From positions 93,744,001-93,808,000 of the forward strand of contig CM060731.1 of assembly GCA_030704615.1 (NCBI GenBank): a DNA stretch of 64,000 bases. Direction: 5' to 3'. The stretch's first letter is position 1, and every line of letters begins with the position of its first letter. Source of the stretch: Takakia lepidozioides. Lineage: Eukaryota > Plantae > Bryophyta. The position numbers were made by a program, and so were the translations under genes. The notes beneath the pieces are model-generated. The model was not told where the DNA came from and made no database searches. It saw nothing but the letters and a program-made list of their open reading frames with translations. Positions 47,417-61,044 of this stretch are shown here, one piece after another.

Positions 47417-50400
47417 TTGGCTGAAGTAATATGCCAGACCAAAGCAGAGATTACCATTGGACAGCTATTGGCTGTGGCACCTTATTGTAGGCACAGGCTG
47501 TATCAGGCAATCAATCGAATTGCCCAGGAGACAGGAGACACAGACCTGAACAGCAAGGTGACCAGTTATAATGTGAAGCCGGAAGGGCGAGAAACAGTCA
47601 TGGACTTTGATGATTCTATGCCAGTAATCCAATTGAGAATTGGAAGCACAGAACTAACTGATGTACTGATAGATGGAGGTTCTGGAGTAAATATCATGAC
47701 AGACCAATTAAGGAAGAAGCTTGGTCTAAGTAACATGAAACCAGCCCCATTTACAGTAACAATGGCAGATCAAAGAAGTGTACAACCATTGGGATTAATA
47801 AGAGGAGTTAAGATACAGATACAGAAGATGATCTTTATGATCACAGTAACTGTATTGAAGATGGATGAAGTCATGGAGGCTTACTCCTTATTATTGGGAC
47901 GTCCGTGGCTGAAACAGGCCACGGTATTCCATGACTGGAATTCTCAGTTACTAACCGTGCATAATGGGATACACGAGATACAAATTACCACAAAGAAATC
48001 TAGTAGATTACCTGCTACGAGAAGACCTCAAGGAGTCAGAGAGTATGACTGGAGAGGAGGACTGGATGAGGAGCAGGAAGCTACCCTGTTTGCTGCACAC
48101 CCAGAGTGGGAGCAGGTTGCAGAGATGCGGCTGGAAGGCCTAAGTTGTTTAAGGGGTATCTGCTGTGGTGTAGTGTCAACAACACCGATTGAAGAGGAAA
48201 CCAGCAGTTACCCATCACATTTCTATGAAGAAAAAGAAGGAGAAATGGAAATCCTAGAGGAACCAGCCACTGTGAGTTTACAGGATGAAGTGGTGACTGG
48301 TTGGACAATCACAGCTGATGAGCAAGTGAGGGAAGTGAATGTGGGAACTAAAGAGGAACCGAGGATGGTGAAGGTAGGAGCTGATTTGGAGCCAGAATTC
48401 TTTGAAGAAGCTAAGAGTTTGTTCATCAAATACAGAGATGTATTTGCTTGGAGCTATGAGGATTTAAAAGGATACCACCTGAAATCTGTCAGCATAAGAT
48501 TGAACTGGAATTGGGGTCAGTACCAATCAAGCAGGCAAGGTATAGAATGAATCCCAACTACGCACAGAAGGTTGGAGAAGATATCAAGAAGTTGGTTGAG
48601 GCTAAGTTTATATACCCAATAGAGTATACAACTTGGTTGTCACCCATTGTGATAGTTCCCAAGAAGAATGGTAAACTAAGAGTTTGTGTGAACTACAAGA
48701 AGCTGAATGCTTGTACAAAGAAAGATCCTTTCCCTTTGCCATTCACAGAAGCAGTATTAGACACTGTGGCAGGCCATGAGATGTACTCATTCATGGATGG
48801 CTTCAGTGGTTATAATCAAGTGCAAGTGGAAGAAGGAGACCAAGGAAAAAACATCTTTCATCACAGACTGGGGTGCTTATGCATACAAAGTCATGCCCTT
48901 TGGACTTTGTAATGCACCAGCGACCTTTCAGAGAGTGATAAGTGAATCTTTTCATGAGTATCTGGATGATTTCATGCAGGTGTTCTTGGATGATTTCAGT
49001 GTGTACAGCTCTAAGAATGAGCACTTGCATAAATTGGAGTTATGTCTGGCCAGATGTAGGATGAGAGGTCTGGGCCTGAATCCAGAGAAGTGTACTTTCT
49101 GTGTGAACTCAGGGGTGCTTCTGGGACACATTGTGTGTAAGAGGGGACTTCTTGTGGATCCCAGGAAAACAGAGGCCATTAAAGCCTCTCCACCACCAGT
49201 GAATGTTAAGAGAGTCTAAGGAGATTCCTTGGACAAACCAACTATTACAGAAGATTTGTCAGACGGTATGCACAAATAGCAGCACCATTGAGCAAACTTC
49301 TGAAGAAAGATGCAGTGTTTGCATGGACACCTGAATGTCAACAGGCTTTTGATGAACTTACATTGTCAGTAACAACTACACCTGTGCTGATTAGTCCTCA
49401 CTGGCAGAAAATATTTCATGTTCACTGTGATGCTTCTGGAGAAGCACTAGGAGCGGGTTAGCCAAAAATGTAACAGGAAAGATAGATTCACCTGTGTACT
49501 ATGCTAGCCGATTGATGAACAATGCCGAAAGAAATTATAGCACAACGGAAAGAGAAGCATTGGCAATGATCTATGCAGTGAAGAAATTCAGGCATTACCT
49601 GTTGGGCAAGAAGTTTATGTTCTATGTGGATCACCAGGCTCTGATATACCTGGTAAACAAACCTCTGATAAGCGGAAGAATAGCAAGATGGTTATTAATC
49701 TTGCACGAGTTTGAGTTCGAGGTTGTTTACAAGCCTGGGAGACTGCATCTTGTGGCGGATCACTTGTCAAGGTTAACAACAGGAGAACCAGCCACGGGAG
49801 TAGATGATCAATTACCAGATGCGAGTCTATTTATAGTGGAGGTGCAGGGAAGTGCAGATGACTGGTTAGATTGGCAGTGGCCAATCAGATACTACCTTGC
49901 TCATGGTCAGTGCCCACCAAGTTATGGAAATGAGCAGAGAAAGAGAATTGCTATCAAGGCTCTACCTTACACTATGGTAGGGAGCAGAATGTATAAGCTA
50001 GGACCAGATGGAGTGCTGAAGCGATGCTTATACCACCATGAAGTTTTGGAGGAAGTTCATAAAGGAGTGGCAGGAGGTCATTTTGGAGAAGAGACTACCA
50101 GCAGGAAAATACTACATGCAGGTTACTGGTGGCCTACTTTGTTCAAGATGTACACAAGTATTGTCAGAGTTGTGATGAATGTCAGAGGCTGGGACCTTTG
50201 CAGAGATCTGGGAAATGTCTTTGCATCCTACAATGCCTACGGAACCATTTCAGAAATGGGGACTAGACTTTGTTGGACCAATTAACCCACCAGCCAAGAA
50301 TACACAGAACAGGTACATAATTACAGCCACTGATTATACTACGAAGTGGGTGGAAGCTAAAGCTTTGAGGGACAACACAGCCAAGTCCACAGCAAGGTTT

Positions 50401-51110
50401 CTGTATGAGAACATACTTACACGATTTGGCTGTCCCTTGGAATTTATCAGTGATCAAGGAAGTCACTTCATAAATGAGACCATTGAATTGTGACTAAAGA
50501 GTTCATGATTGTGCATAGGAGGAGTACAACATATTACCCACAGGGTAATGGGCAGGCAAAGGCTACCAACAAAATACTATGTACTATCTTGGTCTAAGAC
50601 AGAGATCAATGCAAACAGAACGGATTGGGATACAAAGCTGCTGACAGCTTTGTGGTCATACATGACTTCAATAAAGTCAACAAGTATCACCATTAAGTAT
50701 AAGCATACAGTACCTCTTCCAATTAGTTTATATGTGTACACCTTACTATGAATTCCTGTTACCTACCATGAGAACGGAATGGGGAAAGAGAATGGAATTG
50801 CAAGATTCCATTAAAGTCAGGAAACATGAATTATACCATGTGGAAGAAGTATGTGCTGATGCAGCTGATAATATGACCAGAATTCAGATGAAGAGAAAGG
50901 AACAGTTTGATGAAGGCAAGTTAAAGACTTTTAAGACGGGAGATTTGGTTCTATGGTTGCAGAAGAAGGGAAAGATTAAAGCTTCTAAGCTTAAATCACC
51001 ATGGAAAGGACCTTATGTCATACAAAAGATGTATGATAACAACACCGCCATGTTACAAACCATTAACAAAGAGATGCTGGGAAGAGTCAATGCTAACAAG
51101 TTGAAGGGGT
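47417..51110 (+). pseudogene. pol (protease, RT, RNase H, integrase), frameshifted
   Basis: LIDGGSGVNIM; FMDGFSGYNQV; VFLDDF; HCDASG/NYSTTEREAL; GGHFG...GYWWPT; WGLDFVGP; SDQGSHF; WKGPYVI. Confidence 0.93.
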
Positions 51111-51254
51111 ACAGTGGTATCCATGACAAACCATTGCAGCATAATTTGCATGTTGAAACGCAAAAGCAGTCACGGGTTGCGCCAGTGTTACCAACGGAGT
51201 ATGGAGCACTTGTCGCTAGGCCGAGCATATATGACCAGGGCGGGCAGAACAAGC

Positions 51255-51470
51255 GAGACACAGCCTATAACAGCCCATCAAGGCGTGACACAGCCTATCA
51301 CAGCCCATCACGGCGCGACACAACATATCACAGCCCAGCACAGTGCATCACAGCCTATCACAGCTTACCACAGCGTGTCACAACCTATCACAGCTTACCA
51401 CAGTGTATCACAGCCTATCACGGCATACCACAGTATGACACAGCCTATCACAGCTTAACACAGCCTACTA
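51255..51470. repeat. 30-bp minisatellite (CACAGCCTATCACAGC-based)
   Basis: About 7 units. A related CACAGCC repeat lies in the LTR at 55910-56100. Confidence 0.9.
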
Positions 51471-52177
51471 GGGTTACACAATCCATAGAATCAGTGACAG
51501 GTGGACGCATGATAACTTCAGTGAAATGGCCGGCGGAAGAAAGGACGGAAGCCAGTTTACAAAGGGACACGTGGAAGTCAAGGCGTAACACACAGCTAAG
51601 AAGGAAGTGCAAGAACGGATGTCATCAAGAAAGGGGACAAGAATGGCCGTCAAAATACCTAATCAATGCGTCAAATTGGATGAATGGCGGGCCCATTAAT
51701 GAATACAGAAAAGGGGCAACAGAACAAACGGCAAGTACAGAAAAGCGAAATTCTTGTCACATGTGTTATCCTAGTGGACAGTCCAGCAGGGAAAGTCCAC
51801 TAAAGAAAATTAAATCTAAAATCCAGTCACAGCGGTTACAGCCAATAGAAAACCAGAGAAGGGATCAAGAAATTGGAGGGAAATTAAGCGCAAGAGTCGG
51901 CGTCGTTCTGAGTAACGGGCGTCTCGACGGGACAAACCATCAATGCTATAGCTTTGAAGCTATGGAGGAACTAACAGACTATACGCTCGCAATATTACTT
52001 ACGCAATGGCATAGGGACGCAACAACAGAGCGGATCTTTTCTCTTGAGCGATGCTTGCAAGCCCCGCAGGCTTACAAGAAATTACCCATAGCTTTTTGTG
52101 GCAACCATACGTTTATGCTTTGTGCACTACAGGCATTTCTTCAATTGTTATAGCCAAAACATTTCTGTGGGTCTAGA

Positions 52178-55100
52178 ATGAAGAGAGTGAGAGGAATGGA
52201 GGAAATCAGGGTGAAGAGCACCACAATTCTGCAGAAACAAACGATTGCTACCCCACAGGCGATACAGATACTGAAGGAGCTGAGATTGCAAGGATTGCAA
52301 AGCAAAGATTGGACATTGCACCATCGACAGTACATGTTACAATTCTTGCAGAACTTTGAGCCAAGGACAGGAGCAACAACGGTGAAGGGAGTTGAATTAG
52401 TAATTACTCCCCTATACCTACAACAATTGTTTCGATTGCCAGCAGGCCAGGTGCATGTGGAGGAGCACAGGGCAAGACTGCAAATAGGGGACTTATTCCA
52501 AGAAGGGAGTTTCTTTAAAACTCAGGGTTATGCTTGTACCAAGGCCGTGTACCCAGGGCTAAAGGAGGTAGGCCAGGTATTGAACGTTCTGTTTGCCATG
52601 GAACAGAACTAACAGTATTTGAGCAGATCCTTCACAGAGGAAATACTCAAAGCCCTGAGAGGAGAAGAGGTAGAATGGGCGGACATAATGTACAACGCAC
52701 TGGTAGAGGAGATGAAAAGATTACAGGGTACTGCCGCAAAGTCTCCTATCATAGTGTCTAGCCCAATCATTGCTCAAATAATTCTTGATTCTGGCATACT
52801 TGATGCGCGAGAAAGAAAGGAGATGAGAGTGTTTGAGCTAGAAACCACTACAATGGAAGAGCAAGGCTCCTCACACAGTGAGGGTGGACTGGCAGGGCAA
52901 CCCGAGAATAAGAGACAGAGGCGGGGAAAGACTGTAGTGGCGGATCCACTGGCTTCACGGAATCCGCATGATAATGTTTCCCAAGTTTTTGTGCAGGAAT
53001 GGGCACAACAGCACAGAGAACTGCTATTACTGGAAGCAGGACCTTCAGAGAGAGAAGAGGAAGTTACTTCAGTATCACAGCCATCACAGCCAGAGGATCG
53101 GCTTGTCACAAGGTTACCACAAGTTGTCCATGCAGTTCAACCAGAAATAACTGATTTAGAAAAAGAAGGGTTAGATATTCCCACTACAGAACAGGTGGTG
53201 GCAGAAATTGAGAAGGGGGACCTTCTCTATGAATATTCTGGTATAGTCAAGGACACAGTGATTCCGGAGGTGCAACGGTTGTCCAAGGGGAACCCTGCGG
53301 CGCATATAATACACACACTTGTGACGGAGGTACCACAGGTAGAATGCCAAGACACTGCAGCACCAGTGACAGATGAAGTGGTTCAGGAAGAAAATCTGGT
53401 GGGGCAATGGCCTGAATGGTTCATAAGGCATCACACTGTTGAGGATCAGGGAGAACAGCAGCAAGCTCACCATGATGACCCTCAATAGGCTATGCTTATG
53501 AGTTCCATAAGCAGGACACTGAATTTGTTGGGTACTTATGTCAAATCCCATGTTCCCACTACTCAATTGGCAGCTTTGAGGGAGGAACTCAGGAAAGAAT
53601 TTGAGGCTCGACTTGCCACAGAGTGTGCAAACAAGGTCGATGAAGAGGTCACTCTCAAAATGCAGCAAAACTTGGAGAGTACAGAAGCGGCTTTGCAATT
53701 GGCCAAGGAACAATTGATTGAGGCAGCCCTCGCACAAGAACACTTGCACGAAGCACATAAGCAACAGCTATACCAAATGCAGGTGAAGCATGAAAGCAAG
53801 TTGCAAGAAGTGAATGCACTACATATGGAGTTGCAGACAGTGCATGACAGGATGGCCATACAATGTGCTACACTCACAACTATGCTTGACCAATCTACAA
53901 AAGAAATAAACAGTCAAGCGGAAAAATGTACGAAGGCAAAGGAAGAGAATGTTGAGCAAATGAAACTCATTGTCGATATGAAGAATACAATCTGTCGCAA
54001 TGAGGATACTTTCAAGCAATACAGGCAGGTTGAAGCTGACCAAGAGAAGCACATCCTGGAGTTGCAACAAACGGTCATGGCCAATAGAAATGAAATCTCG
54101 GTCACTAACAAGGCTTGGAAGGAAGCCAATAATCTGCTTGTTGCTTATGCGAATTTGGTTGAACCTCATGCAAAGCGCATGGAAACTTTACAACAGCAGT
54201 TAGATGTGTAAAAACTCAGAGAGGAGCACACTCTCAGAGGAACCACAAGCAACTTGGTGGATAACCACCTTATGCAGGTCTGGTTAGCACAAGGGCCAGT
54301 GGAGGGCAAAGCACCACGAAATGTCACCCAAAGCAAGATGAATGAGCTCAGACTGCAAGTGCAGAACATTGCCACAACTACTATAGACAATGTCTATAGT
54401 AGGATAGTAGAGTTATAGGAGGATGTAGATGGACTGCAGACTCAAGTGGAGGACCTAACTTCAGATATCGACAAAAGAGTCTATATACCTGAGGAACAGC
54501 TAATCGCTTCTTATTTACAAGCCAGAACTTTGGCTTTTCAATCTTCTTCACAGCAGGTGCAGGAGATGCCAATGATACAAGAGCCAGTGCCATCAACACC
54601 ACAACAAGTCACTGTGCCAGTAGCTGACACTGTTGTTACTACAGCCACACCACAGCCACCACAGCCACCACAGCCTGACGTATGGGGCAATGCTGCTTTT
54701 AACCCACCAAAAACTCCAGCTGCAAGGGAGTACAGTAGGGCTATGATTATGCCCTTCAACCAAATTCCCATTGTGTTGGATTTGGTTTGGAAAGAATTTA
54801 GTCCTCCGCAATCATTCGCACATTACTATCAAATCATGCGCATATGGCTACCAGTGGCAACTAGGACTAAAGTTTTTCCGAACAATCGACCAATTGAGGA
54901 TCATCACTTTGCACAGTACTGGCATGAGGCAGGTACCATGTTGAAGGAATTAATTGCTTTCCAAGTTGTACATGGATTCATTTATACCAAGACCAAGGAG
55001 GTAGCAAGTATTGTCATGGGATGCGGGTTATACTACGCTGCTTGTTTTCTGGTACGTTATCACATTGAGCAGCACAAGATGCAATCGCGCTTTCTGAGTT

Positions 55101-55744
55101 ATTCCAGTGGGGATCATTGGGTCTTACCTTCAGTGCCACCTCATATGTACCTATATGAGGCAAAAGTTATGATACAAAAGGATTCTCAAATTCGTTCATG
55201 GTTTCATGCGGCCTGGAACAATTTGTCAACACAGAAATTCGGCATTGATGATATTTTCTATAAGGGACATGTGGCATGGAAATACTTGCACAATTCCCAA
55301 GTCATTGGTACCCCACTCACCTGGACAGAAAAGGAGCTCAGGGTCTTCACCAATTTTGCCATTCAGCGTTCACATCAAGTTTTAAAATATAAACCTCCAG
55401 ACATGGTAGGACAACATTGTATGCCCCAGAGGATTCCACAAAAAGTTCGACAATTAAAACACCTGAGAGGCGAGGAGGATTCTGATACAACTGTTTCTTC
55501 CGCGGACTCTTTTGACATGGGAGAAGACTATGCAATTCAGATGGCAGAAAAGAAGCGACGGGGGTCTCCTATGCCTGAAAGGTTACCTCGATATCAGCCT
55601 CCAGAAGGCCTCACATATCCAGGTAGTGTTCAATCATCTCCGTCAACCAGGGACAGACCTCGGGCTTGTACACACAGTCCGCCACGAAACTCTCAACGTC
55701 AGAAAGGTGATCGCTCACAAAGGTTTGCTAATCCCAATCAGTAA
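52178..55744 (+). pseudogene. Accessory ORF(s) between integrase and PPT (coiled-coil, env-position)
   Basis: ORFs 52178-52612, 52619-53488 and 53492-54211 share a frame and are separated by single stops; 54446-55744 follows in the same frame. TVKGVELVITP...LFRLP resembles plant gypsy 3' ORFs. Confidence 0.7.
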
Positions 55745-55782
55745 ACCGTGAGGACACGGCTTTTTGAGAGGGGAAGGGGTAA

Positions 55783-56629
55783 TGTTAGAGGACTGTCTGG
55801 GACTTAGACACTTATACGGAATCTGTGGGGTACCCTTAATTTTTGCACAGACTGAGACCAACAGGAGCCTTAGGGGTGACAGCAGCGCACTTTAGGGGGG
55901 GGGGGGGTTTACACAGCCCGTCACAGCCAACACAGCCAGACACAGTCAACACAGCTCGTCACAGCCCGACACAGCCCATCACAGCCAACACAGCCAGTCA
56001 CAGCCCGACACAGCCAAACACAGTCGCACAGCCAGTCACAGCCCGACACAGCCGGTCACAGTTTCACACAGCCAGTCACAGCTTGACACAGCTGTCACGA
56101 CCATAGGGAACGGATAGCAGGACAGGGAATGACTGTGGGGAACAACACCTGCGAATGGAACATGTTAGTTCACGGACGACGGTTAGTGAGGAAAACGGTT
56201 AGAACAACGGGTAGGAAGATAAAGCGAGGAGCAAGGACTGAAAGGAGGATGATTTTTGGGAGCACTTCGGGGGGGGGGAATCACTGCTGGAAGGAGAGGA
56301 AGGAGCACTTCTGGGGGAGACTTTGGACATCACTGGGGGAAAGGAGGAGAGAGCGTATATCTGAGCAGAAAGATGGAGAGCACGGAGTAGGAGGAGGAGC
56401 TGTTGATGCTTAATGGATGCAGGCAATAGAATTGTAATGTAGAGCATATTCGAGACTCCATGGCTTCAGCCTGATACTTGATAGATATTAATCTGATACA
56501 CACTTCATACTCACACTGTGTAGAGAGATCTGAGTGAAGCTGTGGAATGAATGGATGAGTTGATGGAATCCGATAAATTGATGAAGCAAACTGATACTTA
56601 ATTACCAGCAGTAAGGTAACTAGCTAACA
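55783..56629 (+). repeat. 3' LTR (847 bp)
   Basis: Starts TGTTAG directly after the PPT and ends with the inverted CTAACA. Confidence 0.78.
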
Positions 56630-56802
56630 TGAATGCGGGAAGGAAAACAAATAGGAAACACCCCCATGATACACTAGCTGTAGGTCATGACTGATTGTTC
56701 TGAGCGGGCTGAGTACTTAGAGATTTCCAACTCTTCTATCTTGGAGTTTCCGCCTCGGATAGCGAAGGGATGGGTGAGTAAAAGCCGCGCGACAACAATT
56801 TC

Positions 56803-58115
56803 ATGCACTCCAGTCAGACAGCCAAAAGACCAGACGGGTTTCTGTGGAGAGGTGCAAGGGAGAGAACCCCAGCGTTCATGCAGACGCTCTTGGAGTCATG
56901 CAGCCACCATTCTGCAAGGGTGGTCGACCTCACACTATCCACAGGTTCGTTGGTTCAATACTGTTTCCATTCTGAAGGTCTTCCAATTTGCATCCGATTT
57001 TGCATCCTCTACAACCTTCTTGAGGCTTTCTGTCTTGGCAGGTGCGACTTACCGTGCTTGCAAGGTTGGTGGGAGAAGCCTTTTTGGCATGGAGGGCGAC
57101 ACCGAACTATTCAAGAGTGTCCTCCTCCCTCTTGTGTCTGGCTCTACGTCTGGCACACATACCGAACAAATTCAAATCAGAAATGATGAGGATACCGAGG
57201 ATAAAAAGATCAACAACGACTTCTCATGTGAGTAAGTCGGCCATGGAAATGTCATTCCAGTTTGGGTGCTTGTTCAATTTTGCATACATCAAAATTGCAG
57301 TAATAACTTCTATCATGCTTTGACTTGCAGGAACGGCACCGATGGATCTTCAGGAGAAACCCCCATTTGTGCCGAGACTGTTTTTGACAGTCCCCTTTCC
57401 ACTTTTGTGCTTCCTATCTATGCCGAAGCAATGACACTTGAAATGGCCAAGGCTCTATCCCCTGACTTCTTATTGCCCGATCGCAGGAGTAGCCATCGTA
57501 GATCCGGAGTTCTGAAATTCTTGGACTTGGATGCAGTGGACGCGGGGATACATTGTACTGACTCTGGATCAGACTGAACTTCGCATTTTTTTTGTTCAAT
57601 TTATATCCTATTCGGAACTCATTGAATTCCCTTGCCTCATTGCATTTGTTCCGGCAGAAAATAAGGTGATTTAAACAATCTACTCGGATTCAAATGTCAA
57701 TCTTCATGAATCCATCCCCTCAATCCCTCACACTCATGTCATATCCATTGTGCATTCATCTATTGTGTATTCATGCATCCTCCATTCAAGAATGTTTTCC
57801 ACCATTCAACATCCATCCCACATTCATCCATTCGCTTGCATTGTTCCCACATATCCATATATTTCTCATCCACTCTACATTCATCCATCCTGCATTCAAT
57901 TGTTGCTTTCAGGTGGGGATGACCACGTCCTTTTATTATTTCGTCGAACTTGTTTCCGCGGTTGAGGGTGCTCTTCCGCGGAAATACAGTCTGCTTCTTA
58001 ATTGGCGCGCGTTGACGTGGCTTTTAAGCTCGATGACGTGGAGTGAGCCCGGTGACGTGGCATTCATTCAAGGTGACATGGCGTGAGCGCGGCTGCGCTC
58101 ACGCCGAGGCATCCC
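56803..58115 (+). mobile_element. 3' end of a subfamily E element: MTase motif-I exon, last exon (stop 57577), ATTCATCC-rich tail and putative terminus
   Basis: Paralogous to 42310-43596. ARVVDLTLST|GATYRACKVGGRSLFGMEGD. Ends GGCGTGAGCGCGGCTGCGCTCACGCCGAGGCATCCCT. Confidence 0.78.
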
Positions 58116-58289
58116 TGATATTAAATGGTGCTCTTTTCCTTTGCCACTTGCCCGACCTTTGCTCGTGACCCACGCGTTTCAAACCGAGACAACAACAACA
58201 CTTCCTCGCTCCGAGCTCCTCATCTTCCCCACACTCCCCCTTCCCTGCGCACCCTCTTTGCTTCCTGGCAACCCTTTCAGTAGTCCTCG

Positions 58290-58460
58290 ATGGCGTGCCG
58301 GGATCCCATTAACTGCCCAAACAAGAATCACACCCCGTGGGACTTCTCGCCCAAGTCAGGGGATATTTTCATATACCTGCAGGATTGGATAGACCACTCT
58401 CAGCAGAGGAGGGTGCACCTGTCCGCTCTTGAGTACCGCATCGCTGGAGACTCGCGCCTC
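58290..58460 (+). pseudogene. Truncated paralog of the 41061-41627 Cys/His protein
   Basis: MACRDPINCPNKNHTPWDFSPKSGDIFIYL...HLSALEY versus MPCRQNPADCPYHGHDYAMFKPKSGDIIVWL...SLRAMEY. Confidence 0.65.
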
Positions 58461-59346
58461 TATTTGAGAGGTATTGTTCTGAAATATTGTATATATATTT
58501 TTAATTAATTATTGCTATTTTGGAAGAGGGAAATTCCTTAATTAGGATTGCCACCTTTGGTTGAACTTTTTAGAATATGAACACTTGAGAAGTGAAGTTG
58601 GAAACTTATTGAACTTTTCACCTTATTTGTTTGACATTGCTTGGTGACTCTTATCCCTTGAAGTTAGGAGAAAACTTGGCAGGGAAAAAAGAGGATGAGT
58701 CCCTTCTCAAGGGTGACTTGAATTCAAGCACTCGGGGAAGAAGGGGCAGTGGGAGAAGAAAGTGAGTTCCTCTCCTCCCTAGGTTCGGAAGGTGCTTTGT
58801 GAAGGGATGAGGTGATATCCTGGCTATAAGCGGCTCGGGGACCTAGGCAGTAGGACGTAGTAATAAACAAAGACTCGGAAGGCAGTTACTTGATGGAAAG
58901 TAGAAGTTCCGTAGGACTTAGAAACGCAAACTTGCCCTGTGAAGTAGAGTTGCTCAACCCTGCTTTGTCGGTAGAATTAGAAATCATCGATCACCCCCAG
59001 TAACATTCCATGGATCCCCTGCACTAACCGCAGCAAGGTAGGTGGTTCATCGCGCCCAACCTACACCGCAACTTACCCCGACCCCCTTAGACTAGTATGT
59101 CGTCACCCTGGCCGCGCGCGACTAGGGCTCGTCATATAAATGGTGCGTTTGCCGGGAGGTAAGTGAATAGTCAGGACTTCCTGTATTCCGGATGGAGGAA
59201 GATTGGACGCTTGTCATTCTCCTCTTGGATCTTGTTCTTTCATTTTACGTTACGTTTTATGCTTTGTACTTTCTGACTCAGATAGGAAAAGACCGAGTGA
59301 ACAATTAGGTACATTTAGATAAATTTCTCGCATTTGAGTTAAGCAC

Positions 59347-60330
59347 ATGGCTAACCACATGGAGACGCTTGAGTGGCAATATGGCTGCACCCTCGGAGTT
59401 CCCTCTCGACGGGAGCATTCCTTTGAGTACCGGGTGATCGGACTCTATCGCATCATTTCCAGCACCAGGACTGGCGACATACCTGGTCCTGAGGCCACAA
59501 TGATTTGCAGGCTGATGCGACGACGCATCTTGACCATTGTAGAGGAGTATCGTGAGTATTGGATCTCCGCCTGGGTTGGACCCCGAGGCCCCGGAGCCCG
59601 GACGGCTCCCATTGCTACGTTTTTTTGGTTCAACACTCGTTGGCCGGGCTGTTGCCAGCCACCCTTCCTTGCATATATCCATTTTGATTCGGCCCTTGAG
59701 GTCCATCTTGCGTGACAGGTAGCTTACTTGGCTTGTTGTGCGTTGTGTCACACCATTACCGAGACCCTGTTGTATACACACAGTAGGCTCGTTAGGCGGT
59801 CGGCCCCGTTGAGGGAGTGCGTGGGGTGTACTATTTGCGGCCATCGCCCCGCCTTCGTAGACTGGTTGATTGGAGTCAGCCCAGGAGAGGACGGAGTCGA
59901 GAGTGAGCGTCTCCCACACCCAAGGAGGGCCTGCCGACCATTCTTACCACCGCGGTACTATCACCGAGGAACCACATCATCAGCTCTAATTCGTGAGTTG
60001 ATTTCATCTGGTTCATCGACGCTACTAGACACAATTAGAGACCGCCCAGCAGAGAGTTCTTTTGTTGCATCATCTGTTGTAGCTCGTAGGACACTACCAC
60101 CAGACCCAGTTTGGTCAGTAGTTTTTCCTTTTGGTCTGAGGGTCCCTTTGGCACAGTTGCCTCGTTTATCGCCCCGAGTGGTACATGCCGCCTCTTTAGT
60201 AGAGAGTGCCCCGAGTGGACCCACTGAGTACACTACCTCGGAGGAGGAAGAGGACGAGCCGCCACCTGTAGCCATCCTAGTGGGTCGGATTAGAGGTCTT
60301 TTATCGTTGATCCCGGAACTCCTACTATAG
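59347..60330 (+). pseudogene. Unknown ORF (about 327 codons, one internal stop) with paired CxxC motifs
   Basis: ORFs 59347-59715 and 59728-60330 are in the same frame; CALCH...CVGCTICGH. No family recognised. Confidence 0.35.
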
Positions 60331-61044
60331 GGGTCCAGACCTCATTTGCTTGATTGCTGAGGAGTATGGTAGGGACGTGCGGTTGAGCACCATTGTACCA
60401 AACCAACACCGTTATATGGGATGGTTGCTTATGACAGGACACACACAGCGGTAGAGGTGGGTCATTGATAGGCCAGCGTAGAACCCCGTTTGGAATGTCC
60501 TTTGATGGAAAAGTGAAACGCATCCGACACCGGTTCTTCCATACACCACGGTCTACCCGAGAACGGATCGAAGAATATATCCGGTATTTGGGTGAAAAGA
60601 AGGTGCACAAGAAACGTTGGATAGACGAACGAGTTTGGAACACCCGAACTCTACCCGACGGCACCACTTAGAATTTCTACTGGTGCCTAGACAGATTTGT
60701 ATTTCCGGGTTGTCCCTGTCCAGGTATTTACTTAGGAGCATTACACCCGAGGTCGTCATTCGTAGCCCACCTAAGGTGGCAAGTCGATTTCTTTACTCAC
60801 TGTGAGTCTTGTCAGTTCTTCGCAAACCAACATTTGATACTCTGATCGGAGTGCTCGCATTGCAAGGGGCCGTGGCCAATTGGGTATCTCACCATAGATT
60901 GCACACTGACGTGCCTCCATCGCCAAGGTTCCATGGAAGGTATTTAAATTTGACCTTGTTTATTCTTGACATGGTTGTTCAAGCCTAATATAGGTCCTTT
61001 AGACCAGACTGAGGTAGGGGAATCCTCATCAGCACAGCAATGAG

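Larger units (their letters stand above)
47402..56629 (+). mobile_element. 5'-truncated non-chromovirus Ty3/gypsy retrotransposon (Athila/Tat-like) with long 3' accessory ORF region
   Basis: PR-RT-RH-IN order, PPT GAGAGGGGAAGGGGTAA at about 55766-55782, and LTR TGTTAG...CTAACA. Confidence 0.88.

Noticed and set aside
50732-52153. 473-aa ORF as a real extended protein
   Set aside because: It is the integrase C-terminus reading through a 30-bp minisatellite and noncoding-looking sequence.
6151-58115. One giant 52-kb element bounded by the inverted termini at 6151 and 58115
   Set aside because: There is no TSD, the ends are diverged, and both correspond to the same (gene 3') side of separate copies.
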